Notes: generated by a model not told the origin, from the letters alone. 64,000 nucleotides of DNA from Acidobacteriota bacterium (GCA_965198355.1 CBDAPI010000016.1:150262-214261), one strand, 5' to 3'. Positions 18,638-28,143 are shown, counted from the stretch's first letter. Translations and numbers: made by a program.

Positions 18638-19345
18638 GTGAAGATATCAGCGACTGGCCTAGAGTTTGAAGACTGCTACGAGACGCTTGGGGTCAGCCCC
18701 AATGCTGACCAAGAAACCATCCAGGCAGCCTACCGTTTCTTGGCCAAGCGCTACCACCCGGATAATGCACAAACGGGGGATGGCCAGAGATTTATTAGCG
18801 TTCGCAAAGCCTACCGAACACTCTCCGATTCTGAGCTCAGATCGATATTCGACAGCAAGCACCGGAGCCTAGGACTGCAGGGGCAACGGTGGGTCGGGGC
18901 CGGAGCACCCCTGAAAATCGAGGAGGATGAGTATATAAGGAAAGCTCTTCTCTGGTTGCTTTATCGCAGCCGACGCAGGGCTGTTGATGAGCCCGGTGTG
19001 GGGGACTTAGATTTGGAAAGCAGCCTTGGCTGTTCAGAAAGTGAGCTGTCGTTCCACCTCTGGTATCTAAAGGAAAAGGGTTGGGTAGAGCGCACCGACA
19101 CTGGCGGTTATGCAATAACTGCGGACGGAGTGGACAGGGTGACCCAAGGTATCGTGCTTCGTGCAGATCGTCTGCTCACAAAGCTCACCGGTGCCCAGCA
19201 GGGGGAAGACGATCCCGTCCACGGAGAAGGTTCCCGGATTGCCGGCCAGGCTGGCCAACTCGGGAAGGGCTTGAGCTCGGCTGTTCGGATTCAGAACCGC
19301 ACAAGTGCGATGAAGCAAGAACCTGTTGTAGCTCAAGGTTCGTGA
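18638..19345 (+). CDS. J-domain (DnaJ-like) protein; GTG start
   Basis: J-domain YETLGVSPNADQETIQAAYRFLAKRYHPDN with the HPD motif. Confidence 0.8.
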   Translation: MKISATGLEFEDCYETLGVSPNADQETIQAAYRFLAKRYHPDNAQTGDGQRFISVRKAYRTLSDSELRSIFDSKHRSLGLQGQRWVGAGAPLKIEEDEYIRKALLWLLYRSRRRAVDEPGVGDLDLESSLGCSESELSFHLWYLKEKGWVERTDTGGYAITADGVDRVTQGIVLRADRLLTKLTGAQQGEDDPVHGEGSRIAGQAGQLGKGLSSAVRIQNRTSAMKQEPVVAQGS

Positions 19346-19566
19346 TGTCGGTTTTCTTTCCAATTTCCACAAAACAAGGCACTCACGCGTAAGTAACTGA
19401 TCTGCAAGGATTTCTCCGATTGTTCCCCCTTCCAGGACCCTCAGGAGTGTCAGAGTTCCTTACAGTTACAGGGGCGCCATCCTCGATCCCATCTCCTCGC
19501 AAGTAACTGATACGATGTTACTTATAGACAATCTCTAGTCCCTGGCATGAAATGTGCTTGTACTAG

Positions 19567-21216
19567 CCCGGATTATGCAAGAACCGTAATCCGCTGTTGA
19601 AAAAGGGCTCGAGAAGTGGCCCAACTCGGAAGCGGGCAGTTGTGACAGGCGGATTTGCGAAGAATATCGGTTGGCGAGGCGTTTGAGTGGTTGGGGGAGT
19701 GAATTTCAGACAGATCTGGGCCTGGATGAGTGTCGGAAGCGGTTTTTCGGGGAACTGGGAGAAGCTAGCTGGAGTTCAGGCGACTCAAGACGAGGTGAAA
19801 GAGGGGTTGTTCGGGAAAGGCTGAGGAAAGATGGACCCAGATGCGTCGAGTGGTTTGTCGGATCCGGGCCCCGATCTTGAGGACACGACGACGTAAGGTT
19901 TCGATTTCGAGCTTGTGCCAGGGGGTTCCGTGCAGATAGTCGCGCAGGCGCACGAACATCTGGTAAGCCAGTGCATGCAGGAGGAGTCGAAACTGGTTGG
20001 CCAGGAATCGATGACAGCTGAGTCGGTCCATGCTCAGATGATTCTTAAAGGCCTTGATGAAGTTCTCGGTCTGCCCTCGGTCGGTGTAGTGGTCATAAAG
20101 TGATTGGGAGCAGAGATCGTCCCGGTTGGTGACCACAAAGCGACGATTGATCCCGCGCTGATCGACCTCCACTTTGACAATGACGCGACGGGATCGATCC
20201 CAGCTGTTGGCTCGATAAAGAAACTCGTCAAACTGACGCTGTTTTTCCTCCCGCTCAACGAACCTTTCCCGAGTCGAATCCAGCAGGGGCTCGACCACTC
20301 GCTGCAGGCGAGGGTTGCGACTTAACCCAATGACATATTGGAGTTGATTCTCTTCACCTTCACAGAACTCGTAGAGCCGAGGCGTGGCAAAGCCGCTGTC
20401 GGCCCGAATCTCAATCTCGACATCCGTCCCCACTGCTTGTCGGATGGCCTCCACGACGCGCTTCAGAATGGGCACGATGTGAGAGGCAGCCCCCTTGTTG
20501 CCAGGTCTCAACACGGCACAGACCAGGTCTCCCGTGGCGGCATCGAAGATCAGCAAAGGATGCAGAATGTGGTTTCGGTAATACCCGTGGTAGAAGGCGA
20601 ACTCCTGTTGGCCGTGAGTGTGGTCGTCGGTACTGTCCAGATCCAGGATGATCTTGGCGGGACGTCTCTTCTTCAGGGAGCGCACATAACGGCGTAGCAG
20701 CCACCGGCTCAGACGCATCAGATCCTTCTTGGTGACGGAGTTCTCCAAGCGGGAGAAAGTCGGCTGGGTGGCCAAATCGGGATCGCTCTCGGGCAACTGA
20801 TCACAGACTGTCTTGAGCATCGGATCCGAGCGCAGCGTATCGGCGTCATTACAGTCTTCGTAGCCGGCCACGATCTGCAACACTCGTTGTCGGATCAACT
20901 TCAACAGGTCATGACGAATGTAGCGTCGGTCCCGGCTTTCCGCAATACACGAACTGAAGCCCTCGCACAATCGATGTTGCCGATCCAGCGATCCAAACAA
21001 CAACCATCCTGCGTCGGAAGTGAGGCTCCCCCCATCAAAACGAGCTGTGATGTCTCTGTGGCTGTGAAATGGCAGGGTATTCTGGCAGACTGTTTTCAAC
21101 ATAGCCGTAGCTCCTGTTTAGGGTTGTTTTTATGTAAACCCTTTTATATCAGAGAGCTACGGCTTTTTTTCTGGACCCAAATCTCACTCGGATTCAGATC
21201 TCTTGCATAATCCGGG
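19567..21216 (-). mobile_element. IS1380-family element, copy B (1650 bp), perfect 16-bp IRs, TSD CTAG (19563-19566 / 21217-21220)
   Basis: Apparently identical to copy A over the regions compared, apart from the mismatch in copy A's left terminus. Confidence 0.9.
19765..21102 (-). CDS. IS1380-family DDE transposase
   Basis: Identical 445-aa protein to that at 11596-12933. Confidence 0.9.
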   Translation of the reverse strand: MLKTVCQNTLPFHSHRDITARFDGGSLTSDAGWLLFGSLDRQHRLCEGFSSCIAESRDRRYIRHDLLKLIRQRVLQIVAGYEDCNDADTLRSDPMLKTVCDQLPESDPDLATQPTFSRLENSVTKKDLMRLSRWLLRRYVRSLKKRRPAKIILDLDSTDDHTHGQQEFAFYHGYYRNHILHPLLIFDAATGDLVCAVLRPGNKGAASHIVPILKRVVEAIRQAVGTDVEIEIRADSGFATPRLYEFCEGEENQLQYVIGLSRNPRLQRVVEPLLDSTRERFVEREEKQRQFDEFLYRANSWDRSRRVIVKVEVDQRGINRRFVVTNRDDLCSQSLYDHYTDRGQTENFIKAFKNHLSMDRLSCHRFLANQFRLLLHALAYQMFVRLRDYLHGTPWHKLEIETLRRRVLKIGARIRQTTRRIWVHLSSAFPEQPLFHLVLSRLNSS

Positions 21217-21243
21217 CTAGAGGTGTCAATTGGGGCGAGGTAA

Positions 21244-21909
21244 ATGCTCGGAAAGTCGTTTCTCGGTGCTTCCATCATCATACTGACCACCTCAGGCTTA
21301 TCTGCGGGCACCGTCGACCTGACGGCTCTTAGTTCCTTTGGAGGAACGAATCCCAACGGCATGGCCTCCATCTCTGGAACGGTGGACGGGATCGGATTCA
21401 CGTTCTCATCGATAGGCGGGCCACTGTATTGGGACGGAACGGATGGTCTCGGGATTAAGACCGGCGAGCTCGATGAGGTCGAGCACCCGGAGATCCTCCA
21501 TCTCCACTTCGATGCCCCGGTCGACTTTGTCTCCTTTGACGTCAGCGACCTCTTCATCGAGACGAGGAACGGGATAACCTTCACGGAGCGAGGGGCATAC
21601 TCGCTGGAGATACCCCTCTACGACGGTTCGGGAATCCTCCAGGTCGGAGGAGTAGAATTCCTCTCGACTTCTAATCACTGTTGCAACGGAGAACAGACGG
21701 AGCTTGTCAACCTGTCCGGCATCACCGACATCTACTTTTCAGCGCCGGGCAACATCACGGGCCCGTTGGGCCCTGAAGACCATGAATTCTCACTGCAGGC
21801 CTTCACCGTATATGCTTACGTCACCGAACCTGCCTCCCTGGGCCTCCTCGGCTCGAGCCTTCTGCTCCTGGGTTTTGTCTCCCGGCGGCTAAGAAAGAGA
21901 ACCGCCTAG
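21244..21909 (+). CDS. PEP-CTERM sorting-domain secreted protein (putative exosortase substrate)
   Basis: N-terminal signal-like segment. C-terminus VTEPASLGLLGSSLLLLGFVSRRLRKRTA has the TEP motif + hydrophobic helix + basic tail characteristic of PEP-CTERM anchors. Confidence 0.8.
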   Translation: MLGKSFLGASIIILTTSGLSAGTVDLTALSSFGGTNPNGMASISGTVDGIGFTFSSIGGPLYWDGTDGLGIKTGELDEVEHPEILHLHFDAPVDFVSFDVSDLFIETRNGITFTERGAYSLEIPLYDGSGILQVGGVEFLSTSNHCCNGEQTELVNLSGITDIYFSAPGNITGPLGPEDHEFSLQAFTVYAYVTEPASLGLLGSSLLLLGFVSRRLRKRTA

Positions 21910-21964
21910 ATCCTCCCCGGGCGAAATTGGGCCCAACAAATCTACACTTGTAGAGGCGTTTACC

Positions 21965-22888
21965 TCACAACGCTCTTTTCCAGGCCCTGCCTTCGAAGGT
22001 GGGTGCAAATGCCTCAGGATGGATGATTTCGGCCAAGATCTGCGCAGACTCTGCCAGTCTGGGTCCGGGTCGGTTGAAGTACTGGTTCCCGTCGGTGATG
22101 TAGACGTGCCCGTTCTGAACTGCTTTCAAGGAACTCCAGCCGGGCCGATCCGTCAGCCAGTACATCTCCTCCGTGATTCTCTGCATGTCCCAACCACATG
22201 GAAGCAGGATCAAGATATCCGGATTGCTGTCCGCCAGTTGTTTCCAACCTATCGAGCCCGAGTGCTTTCCAGTTTCACTGATCAGGTTGACGCCTCCGGC
22301 CATCTCGACCAGTTCGGGCATCCAGTTGCCCGCAATCATCAGGGGCTCCAGCCATTCGATACAGGCCACGCTGGGACGGGTCTTGATGGCCTCCGTCCGG
22401 GAAGAAACGGAGCGGATCCGCATCTGAAGGTCGCTCACTACCTCGTGACCTCGGGTGGGGGTTCCAAGCGACTCACCAACCGCCTGGATATCAGTCCACA
22501 CATCTCGCAGGAAAAAGGGCTCCAGCGAGACGATTTCGGGGTCACAGGTCAGACGTCGAGACACTGCTCTTTGAACATCCTTCAGGTTGACGGCACAGAC
22601 TTCACACTGGGATTGCGTGATGATGTGAGTAGGCTGAAGCTGATCGAGCCTCTCCTCCAGAACGTCATACACCGAGACGGCTTCCCGCAAGACGTCCTTA
22701 ACCGCGGTGTCGATATCCCGGCTGTTTCCCTCTACATTGAACTTTGGCCTGGTGCAGACTGGAAGTGACGTAACTTGAGGTGGAAAATCGCATTCATGGG
22801 AGCGGCCCACCTGGTACTGCCCCATCCCCAGGGCATGGACAATCTCAGTTGCACTGGCAAGAAGTGAGACGATCCGAGTCATAACCAA
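21965..22888 (-). CDS. ABC-transporter periplasmic substrate-binding protein, class III (cobalamin/Fe-siderophore binding, BtuF/TroA-like)
   Basis: 307 aa. Two-lobe PBP pattern (ILILLPCGWD, VYITDGNQYFNRPGPRLAESAQILAEIIHPE). RBS GGAGG 8 nt before the ATG. Confidence 0.65.
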   Translation of the reverse strand: MVMTRIVSLLASATEIVHALGMGQYQVGRSHECDFPPQVTSLPVCTRPKFNVEGNSRDIDTAVKDVLREAVSVYDVLEERLDQLQPTHIITQSQCEVCAVNLKDVQRAVSRRLTCDPEIVSLEPFFLRDVWTDIQAVGESLGTPTRGHEVVSDLQMRIRSVSSRTEAIKTRPSVACIEWLEPLMIAGNWMPELVEMAGGVNLISETGKHSGSIGWKQLADSNPDILILLPCGWDMQRITEEMYWLTDRPGWSSLKAVQNGHVYITDGNQYFNRPGPRLAESAQILAEIIHPEAFAPTFEGRAWKRAL

Positions 22889-23027
22889 CCTCCACGACTT
22901 GCTGATTGAAGGGCCCTCTCAATCTTCGTCATCGCAGGATGGCACAAATCTGGCACAAATTCCCCCGGGCCTTCCTGGGGCCTGGTGATGAACTCTTGTA
23001 AACCATTGAATTATAGTGACTTAAACT

Positions 23028-23104
23028 GGCGTCCCCAAGGGGATTTGAACCCCTGTCGCCGCCGTGAAAGGGCGGTGTCCTAGACCTGGCTAGACGATGG
23101 GGAC
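23028..23104 (-). tRNA. tRNA-Glu (anticodon UUC)
   Basis: Reverse complement GTCCCCATCGTCTAGCCAGGTCTAGGACACCGCCCTTTCACGGCGGCGACAGGGGTTCAAATCCCCTTGGGGACGCCA is near-identical to canonical bacterial tRNA-Glu(UUC). Confidence 0.85.
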
Positions 23105-23332
23105 GCCCTGATCGAAGAGCGGAATTTTAGCATGAGGGTTTTTTGCGTGTCCACAAAGCTCCTCACTGTGCTCGGGCGCGTTGATCGATCCCGGCTTTTT
23201 GCTCATCCGCCTTTTCTTGACTTCCATCGCCTGGCGGCGACGAATTCCGGGGTCACAGTTAACGTCGCGGCACTTTACCTGTAGTATTGTCTCTCAGGGC
23301 CGGTCGGTAACCCGTCTTCACGAGGTCAGGAA

Positions 23333-24334
23333 TTGCTCTTCACGAGTTCAACCAGCTCAAAAACCGGTTTCTTCTGCCTGGCTCTGGCCCTGTTGCTGAA
23401 TCTGCCGGCGGCCGCAAATGCCTCGGCTTCCGGTGTGCTTGTAATGGCTCACGGAGGCACGGAAGAGTGGAACGCCGCGATCCAGGAAGCTGTCGCTCCA
23501 CTTCAGAAGTATTGCCCAACGGTGGTCGCTTTTGGAATGGCCGACCCCAAGACGCTTCAGAAAGGCGTCCGGGACCTTGAATCTCGGGGGGTTACCCGGA
23601 TTGTTGTCGCCCGGCTGTTCGTCTCCGGAGAGTCTTTTCGGGGGCAAACCGAGTATTTACTGGGCCTTCGACCCGATCCCCCTGAGTATTTTCTGCTCCA
23701 TCACAGCACCTCAGGCCACGGCACCGACAGGCCACGGCCTCACGACATGCTACACCCGAGCGAGTCACATCCGATTGATCCGATTCAGACCACATCGTCC
23801 TTCGTCTTGACGCACAACGGCCTCTACGATTCTCCCGAGATTGGCAAGATTGTGGCGGAGCGAGTCCGCGACTTGAGCCGCAGACCTGAGTCCGAATCGG
23901 TTTTGGTTCTGGCTCATGGAGTCGGAGACGACAGGCTGAATTCACACTGGGTGGACCGAATCGAGCAAATCAGCGGCGACATCCGACGGATCGGGCCTTT
24001 CCAGGATATCCGGGTAGAGACGCTCCGCGAAGACTGGCGCGACAAGAGAAGACTTGCAGAGCAGAGGATTCGTGACTTCGTAGTTGAAGGGGACCGCAGC
24101 GGTGAAGTGCTGGTCGTTCCCTTTCGGGTCTACGGCTTCGGCCCTTACGAATCGGTCCTCGAAGGTCTTAGCTATCGCGCCGATGGCCGTGGTCTCTTGC
24201 CTCATGCCTCGGTCACGGAGTGGCTCATCAGGGAAGCTTCTCGTTGTTTTCGGAAGCAGGGCTGGCACAACCCGTTCCAGCAGACGAGTCGCCAGTATGA
24301 GCCTTCGTTGTCCCCCGCCCAACAGCGCTTCTGA
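23333..24334 (+). CDS. CbiX-like (sirohydrochlorin chelatase family) two-domain protein with N-terminal signal peptide
   Basis: Two repeated halves (VLVMAHGGTEEWNAA...; VLVLAHGVGDD...) resembling CbiX/SirB chelatase domains. Hydrophobic N-terminus. Confidence 0.55.
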   Translation: MLFTSSTSSKTGFFCLALALLLNLPAAANASASGVLVMAHGGTEEWNAAIQEAVAPLQKYCPTVVAFGMADPKTLQKGVRDLESRGVTRIVVARLFVSGESFRGQTEYLLGLRPDPPEYFLLHHSTSGHGTDRPRPHDMLHPSESHPIDPIQTTSSFVLTHNGLYDSPEIGKIVAERVRDLSRRPESESVLVLAHGVGDDRLNSHWVDRIEQISGDIRRIGPFQDIRVETLREDWRDKRRLAEQRIRDFVVEGDRSGEVLVVPFRVYGFGPYESVLEGLSYRADGRGLLPHASVTEWLIREASRCFRKQGWHNPFQQTSRQYEPSLSPAQQRF

Positions 24335-24507
24335 TGTGGAACACCTTCCTGAATGTTGTGGTAGTCGTCGCCATCCTTGGAGTCAGTGCGGTTGTCACCC
24401 AGCTCTTCGCCCGCGCGATGTACTATCGGTGCCCTTCCTGCCACACCCTCAACGCCAAGCGCCGCGACCAGTGCCGGAGCTGCGGTCTACCGATCGCCGG
24501 GCTCTAG
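24334..24507 (+). CDS. small protein (57 aa): N-terminal TM helix + C-terminal zinc ribbon (CPSC...CRSC)
   Basis: MWNTFLNVVVVVAILGVSAVVTQLFARAMYYRCPSCHTLNAKRRDQCRSCGLPIAGL. Below the ORF-track length cutoff; found by reading the sequence. Confidence 0.35.
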   Translation: MWNTFLNVVVVVAILGVSAVVTQLFARAMYYRCPSCHTLNAKRRDQCRSCGLPIAGL

Positions 24508-24976
24508 TCGAGGCCGTTCCACGCGAGACGATCAGTATCGATTCCTGAAGGGACGAAAATCGACCTTACAGCCTCCTTTGCCGGGCCAGAACTCAGGGAG
24601 GGGAAGCCGGTGTTCGCTATTGCACCGACACAGTCTCAGTTGCCCGGTGGCCTCGTTGGACAAGACTATTGCACACCAGAAACCAAACGACAAAGGGCAG
24701 TGGCTTCTAACGCAGCTTTTTTCGAGTGGATTGGGACCTATCGTCTCCGGAATCCCGTGAATCCCGCGCAGGATTGAACGAATTACAACAAATCCTCTAA
24801 CTGCGGATCGATAAACAAACCTTGTCAATGCAAGGACAGCCGTGTATGATTTGTGATGCTCGTCACAAAAGTAAGTATCCCCCGGCAAAGCCGGGGGCTT
24901 TAATCTTGTGAGCCGCTCAAAGCGGACTTGACGTTGCCGCTACCGCGGCCACTTGTGCCACCTACAGGTGGCTTGG

Positions 24977-25324
24977 CTACAGCAGCCTGAGCTGATCCTG
25001 GCGACGATCTTCTGCTTCTTGCCGCCGGATATACTCACGAATCACTTTCTCATCCCGACCCACCGTCGATACGAAGTATCCGCGAGCCCAGAAGTGCTGT
25101 CCAACAAAGTTACGCCGACTCTCTGAAAAGTTCCTCGCAATGTGGATGGCGCTTTTCCCTTTGATGTACCCGATCACCTGCGCCACAGAAAACTTTGGCG
25201 GAATCGAGATCATCACGTGCACGTGATCCGGCAGCAGGTGGCCCTCTTCAATCAAGCTTTCCTGCTGCCCAGCCAACCGTCGCAGCACCTGACCGAGATG
25301 TCTGCGCAGCTCCCCATAAATCAA
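24977..25324 (-). pseudogene. IS200 TnpA (Y1 HuH transposase) lacking its first ~27 codons because of the IS3 insertion
   Basis: 115-aa ORF identical to residues 28-142 of the TnpA at 27596-28024. The missing N-terminus (MSNYQSLQHTKWECKYHVVFIPKYRKK) would lie across the IS3 element. Confidence 0.85.
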
Positions 25325-25393
25325 CTTCTTGCGGTACCGGAACGTGTCAACAACTTTGAGACACTTTGGTGAATAAATTACTGTAGTTTCATC

Positions 25394-26392
25394 TCAAAAG
25401 TTCTCCTTTTCGGGAGGGTTGATCCAGACCGCCTCGGGAAGAGGAGGAGGAACGGGTTTGCCGTTGGGAAATCTCTCCGGGAAGAGTGCATGGGCGGCCT
25501 CCAATGTTTGGGATCGATCGCGACGGGTGGTGATGGCGGTGAGGTAGTGCACATCCGCGGGAGTGTGCAGGCCGATACCCGAATGGCGATGGTCGCGGTT
25601 ATACCAATCGAAGAAATCCCGACAAAAGTCTCTGGCTTGCTGAATGGTGCCGAAACGAGCCGGGAATTCGGGACGGTACTTGAGGGTCTTGAATTGGGAT
25701 TCCGAGTAGGGATTGTCGTCACAGACATGAGGCCGAGAGTGAGACTTGGTGACTCCCAGATCGGCCAGTAGCAAGGCCAGTGCTTTGGAACTCATCGACG
25801 AGCCACGATCGGCATGCAGGGTGAGACCACCCGCTACGATCTCCTGCTTGGAGTAGCTCTGGGCGATCAAGACCTTGGCCAGGCGGGAGCTTTCCTGGGT
25901 GGCCACCATCCAGCCCACCACATAGCGGCTGAAGATGTCCAGGATCACGTAGAGGTAGTAATAGCTCCATTTGACGGGCCCCTTCAGCTTGGTGATGTCC
26001 CACGACCAGCATTGGTTCGGGCCGGTGGCCAGAAGTTCCGGCTTGGAGTATTGGGGATGGCGGCGCTGGCGACGGCGTTCTCTAACTTCCAGACGTTTGG
26101 CCAGAATGCGGTACATGGTTCGAATCGAGCACAAGTATCGCCCTTCGTCCAGCAGCTCCGCCCATACGGCGGCAGGAGCTTTGTCGATAAACTGTCGGCT
26201 GTGCAGGACCTCCACAACGGCTTCCCTTTCGGGCGGGCTCAAGGCGCGTGGGGATGCGGCCCGAGGCCGAGGATCCAGCGCCGGCCGTTCGCGCCGAAGT
26301 TTCTCCCGATACAGACTCGATGGCGGCAGATCCAGAGCCTGACAGCCGGCACGGACTCCGTGGGATTGTGAGAATCGCAAAGCTTCGTCCAT
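25394..26392 (-). CDS. IS3-family transposase OrfB (integrase/DDE core)
   Basis: WSWDITKLKGPVKWSYYYLYVILDIFSRYVVGW...HADRGSSMSS... rve-type catalytic core. The stop/start overlap ATGA with OrfA. Confidence 0.9.
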   Translation of the reverse strand: MDEALRFSQSHGVRAGCQALDLPPSSLYREKLRRERPALDPRPRAASPRALSPPEREAVVEVLHSRQFIDKAPAAVWAELLDEGRYLCSIRTMYRILAKRLEVRERRRQRRHPQYSKPELLATGPNQCWSWDITKLKGPVKWSYYYLYVILDIFSRYVVGWMVATQESSRLAKVLIAQSYSKQEIVAGGLTLHADRGSSMSSKALALLLADLGVTKSHSRPHVCDDNPYSESQFKTLKYRPEFPARFGTIQQARDFCRDFFDWYNRDHRHSGIGLHTPADVHYLTAITTRRDRSQTLEAAHALFPERFPNGKPVPPPLPEAVWINPPEKENF

Positions 26393-26892
26393 CAGCTCTC
26401 GTCTCCGTTCTCTTCGCTGCTCGCCAGAGAGATTCCCAACAGTTGCGAGACTTTTTTTTGGAGATCCAGCATGGCTTCAAACTTCTCGAGCTTGCGTTTC
26501 AGCTTCCGATTCTCAGCCTCCACTTGCCTCAGTTGATGATCCAGAGGATTGACCGGCTTTGCCTTTCGTCCCCGCTTGCGAGGGGTCAATGCCTGCAGCG
26601 TTCCGTGCTCGCGTTGGCGTCGCCAGGTCTGCAGATTCGACCAGTAAAGTCCTTCTCGGCGCAGTAATGCTCCCACTTCGCCCGACTCTTCGCAGCCATC
26701 GGCCTGCTCCAGGACCCGGAGCTTATAGCGGGCTGAAAACCGGCGACGGGTTGCCTTGGCAGGAACTTCCGGGTCGGGTCGCGGCAACGCCTTCTCGGGC
26801 TCGGTCCGTCCCGCAGCGATTTTGGAGACCTCTCCCCTCCGCTCCGAGGTTTCCAAAATCCTCAGTTTCTTGTCGCTTCTGTTTTCTATCAT
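26392..26892 (-). CDS. IS3-family transposase OrfA (HTH + leucine zipper)
   Basis: N-terminal HTH and coiled coil (LRQVEAENRKLKRKLEKFEAMLDLQKK) typical of IS3 OrfA. Confidence 0.9.
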   Translation of the reverse strand: MIENRSDKKLRILETSERRGEVSKIAAGRTEPEKALPRPDPEVPAKATRRRFSARYKLRVLEQADGCEESGEVGALLRREGLYWSNLQTWRRQREHGTLQALTPRKRGRKAKPVNPLDHQLRQVEAENRKLKRKLEKFEAMLDLQKKVSQLLGISLASSEENGDES

Positions 26893-27157
26893 TCTGTAAT
26901 CCAGCTTCTCGCCCTCTACTCTAATTTAGCCGGGAAGAAGTGTCTCACCATTATTGGCACAGAGGGTACTTGGGGATGAACACCACATGGTACTTACACT
27001 CCCATTTTGTATGCTGTAAGCTCTGGTAGTTACTCATAAAACTCCTTTTCGTGATGCTTTGCTCGGCTCACGGAAGGGAGTTTTTTCACCTATTCCCGGA
27101 ACTGTCAAACTCTGGCTGCCTCCCCGGCAGAGCCGGGGGGACTCCTTACGGGTCTAG

Positions 27158-27489
27158 TCTTGTCTCGCCTGAGAGCTTCCTCGCAGCGGAGAGGTCCGAC
27201 TCTCGCGTCGGAAGTGATTACCTGGAATTGAGTGGCGCCAGCATGGCTGTGCCACTGGTAAGTGGGTCAGCGTTGCTTCTCTTACAAGCTGAGCCAAGAC
27301 TTTCCCCGTTTGGCATCAAGCAAGCATTGCTTGCGACTGTTACACATGATGCTCAGGCACACCCGTTGGAGCAAGGCAGAGGCACTTTGAATGTGCAACT
27401 AGCGCTCGAGTTGACGGCCCGGTTCTCGGAGATTCGAGTCGATAGCACGACTGATGTCTCGATCAGAAAGCCCGGACGTTATCTCGAGA
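27158..27489 (+). pseudogene. remnant (about 110 codons) of a subtilisin-like S8 serine peptidase gene, C-terminal catalytic-Ser region, trapped between two IS200 copies
   Basis: Frame of ORF 27051-27530: ...LSGASMAVPLVSGSALLLLQAEPRLSPFGIKQALLATV... matches the subtilase Ser-motif region (GTSMAAPHVAG-like). No start; both ends abut IS200 termini. Confidence 0.6.
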
Positions 27490-28143
27490 GTAAGTATCCC
27501 CCGGCAAAGCCGGGGGCTTTAATCTTGTGAGCCGCTCAAAGCGGACTTGACGTTGCCGCTACCGCGGCCACTTGTGCCACCTACAGGTGGCTTGGCTACA
27601 GCAGCCTGAGCTGATCCTGGCGACGATCTTCTGCTTCTTGCCGCCGGATATACTCACGAATCACTTTCTCATCCCGACCCACCGTCGATACGAAGTATCC
27701 GCGAGCCCAGAAGTGCTGTCCAACAAAGTTACGCCGACTCTCTGAAAAGTTCCTCGCAATGTGGATGGCGCTTTTCCCTTTGATGTACCCGATCACCTGC
27801 GCCACAGAAAACTTTGGCGGAATCGAGATCATCACGTGCACGTGATCCGGCAGCAGGTGGCCCTCTTCAATCAAGCTTTCCTGCTGCCCAGCCAACCGTC
27901 GCAGCACCTGACCGAGATGTCTGCGCAGCTCCCCATAAATCAACTTCTTGCGGTACTTGGGGATGAACACCACATGGTACTTACACTCCCATTTTGTATG
28001 CTGTAAGCTCTGGTAGTTACTCATAAAACTCCTTTTCGTGATGCTTTGCTCGGCTCACGGAAGGGAGTTTTTTCACCTATTCCCGGAACTGTCAAACTCT
28101 GGCTGCCTCCCCGGCAGAGCCGGGGGACTCCTTACGGGTCTAG
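27490..28143 (-). mobile_element. IS200/IS605-family element, copy Y (~654 bp)
   Basis: Subterminal hairpins at both ends; single tnpA. Confidence 0.85.
27596..28024 (-). CDS. tnpA: IS200-family Y1 (HuH) transposase TnpA (142 aa)
   Basis: Classic IS200 TnpA: HVHVMISIPPKFSVAQVIGYIKGKSA (HuH) and a catalytic Tyr region. RBS AAGGAG. Confidence 0.9.
   Translation of the reverse strand: MSNYQSLQHTKWECKYHVVFIPKYRKKLIYGELRRHLGQVLRRLAGQQESLIEEGHLLPDHVHVMISIPPKFSVAQVIGYIKGKSAIHIARNFSESRRNFVGQHFWARGYFVSTVGRDEKVIREYIRRQEAEDRRQDQLRLL

Larger units (their letters stand above)
25338..26966 (-). mobile_element. IS3-family element, copy 1 (1629 bp), imperfect ~22-bp terminal IRs (TGTGCCAATAATGGTGAGACAC / GTGTCAACAACTTTGAGACAC), 3-bp target duplication TAC
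   Basis: Identical copy at 33541-35169. The TAC duplication (25335-25337 / 26967-26969) is seen when the flanks are compared with the uninterrupted IS200 copy Y. Confidence 0.9.
24871..27157 (-). mobile_element. IS200/IS605-family element, copy X, itself interrupted by a nested IS3-family insertion (IS200 parts 24871-25337 and 26967-27157)
   Basis: The ends match copies Y and Z: subterminal hairpin CCCCCGGCAAAGCCGGGGG at one end and CCCCGGCAGAGCCGGGG...CTTACGGGTCTAG at the other. The interior is continuous with copy Y once 25338-26966 and one TAC are removed. Confidence 0.85.

Noticed and set aside
22889-23027. Cobalamin riboswitch in the 5' leader of the BtuF-like gene
   Set aside because: The leader is only ~140 nt before hitting tRNA-Glu. 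No recognisable B12-box (GCCACTG-like core) could be found by eye.
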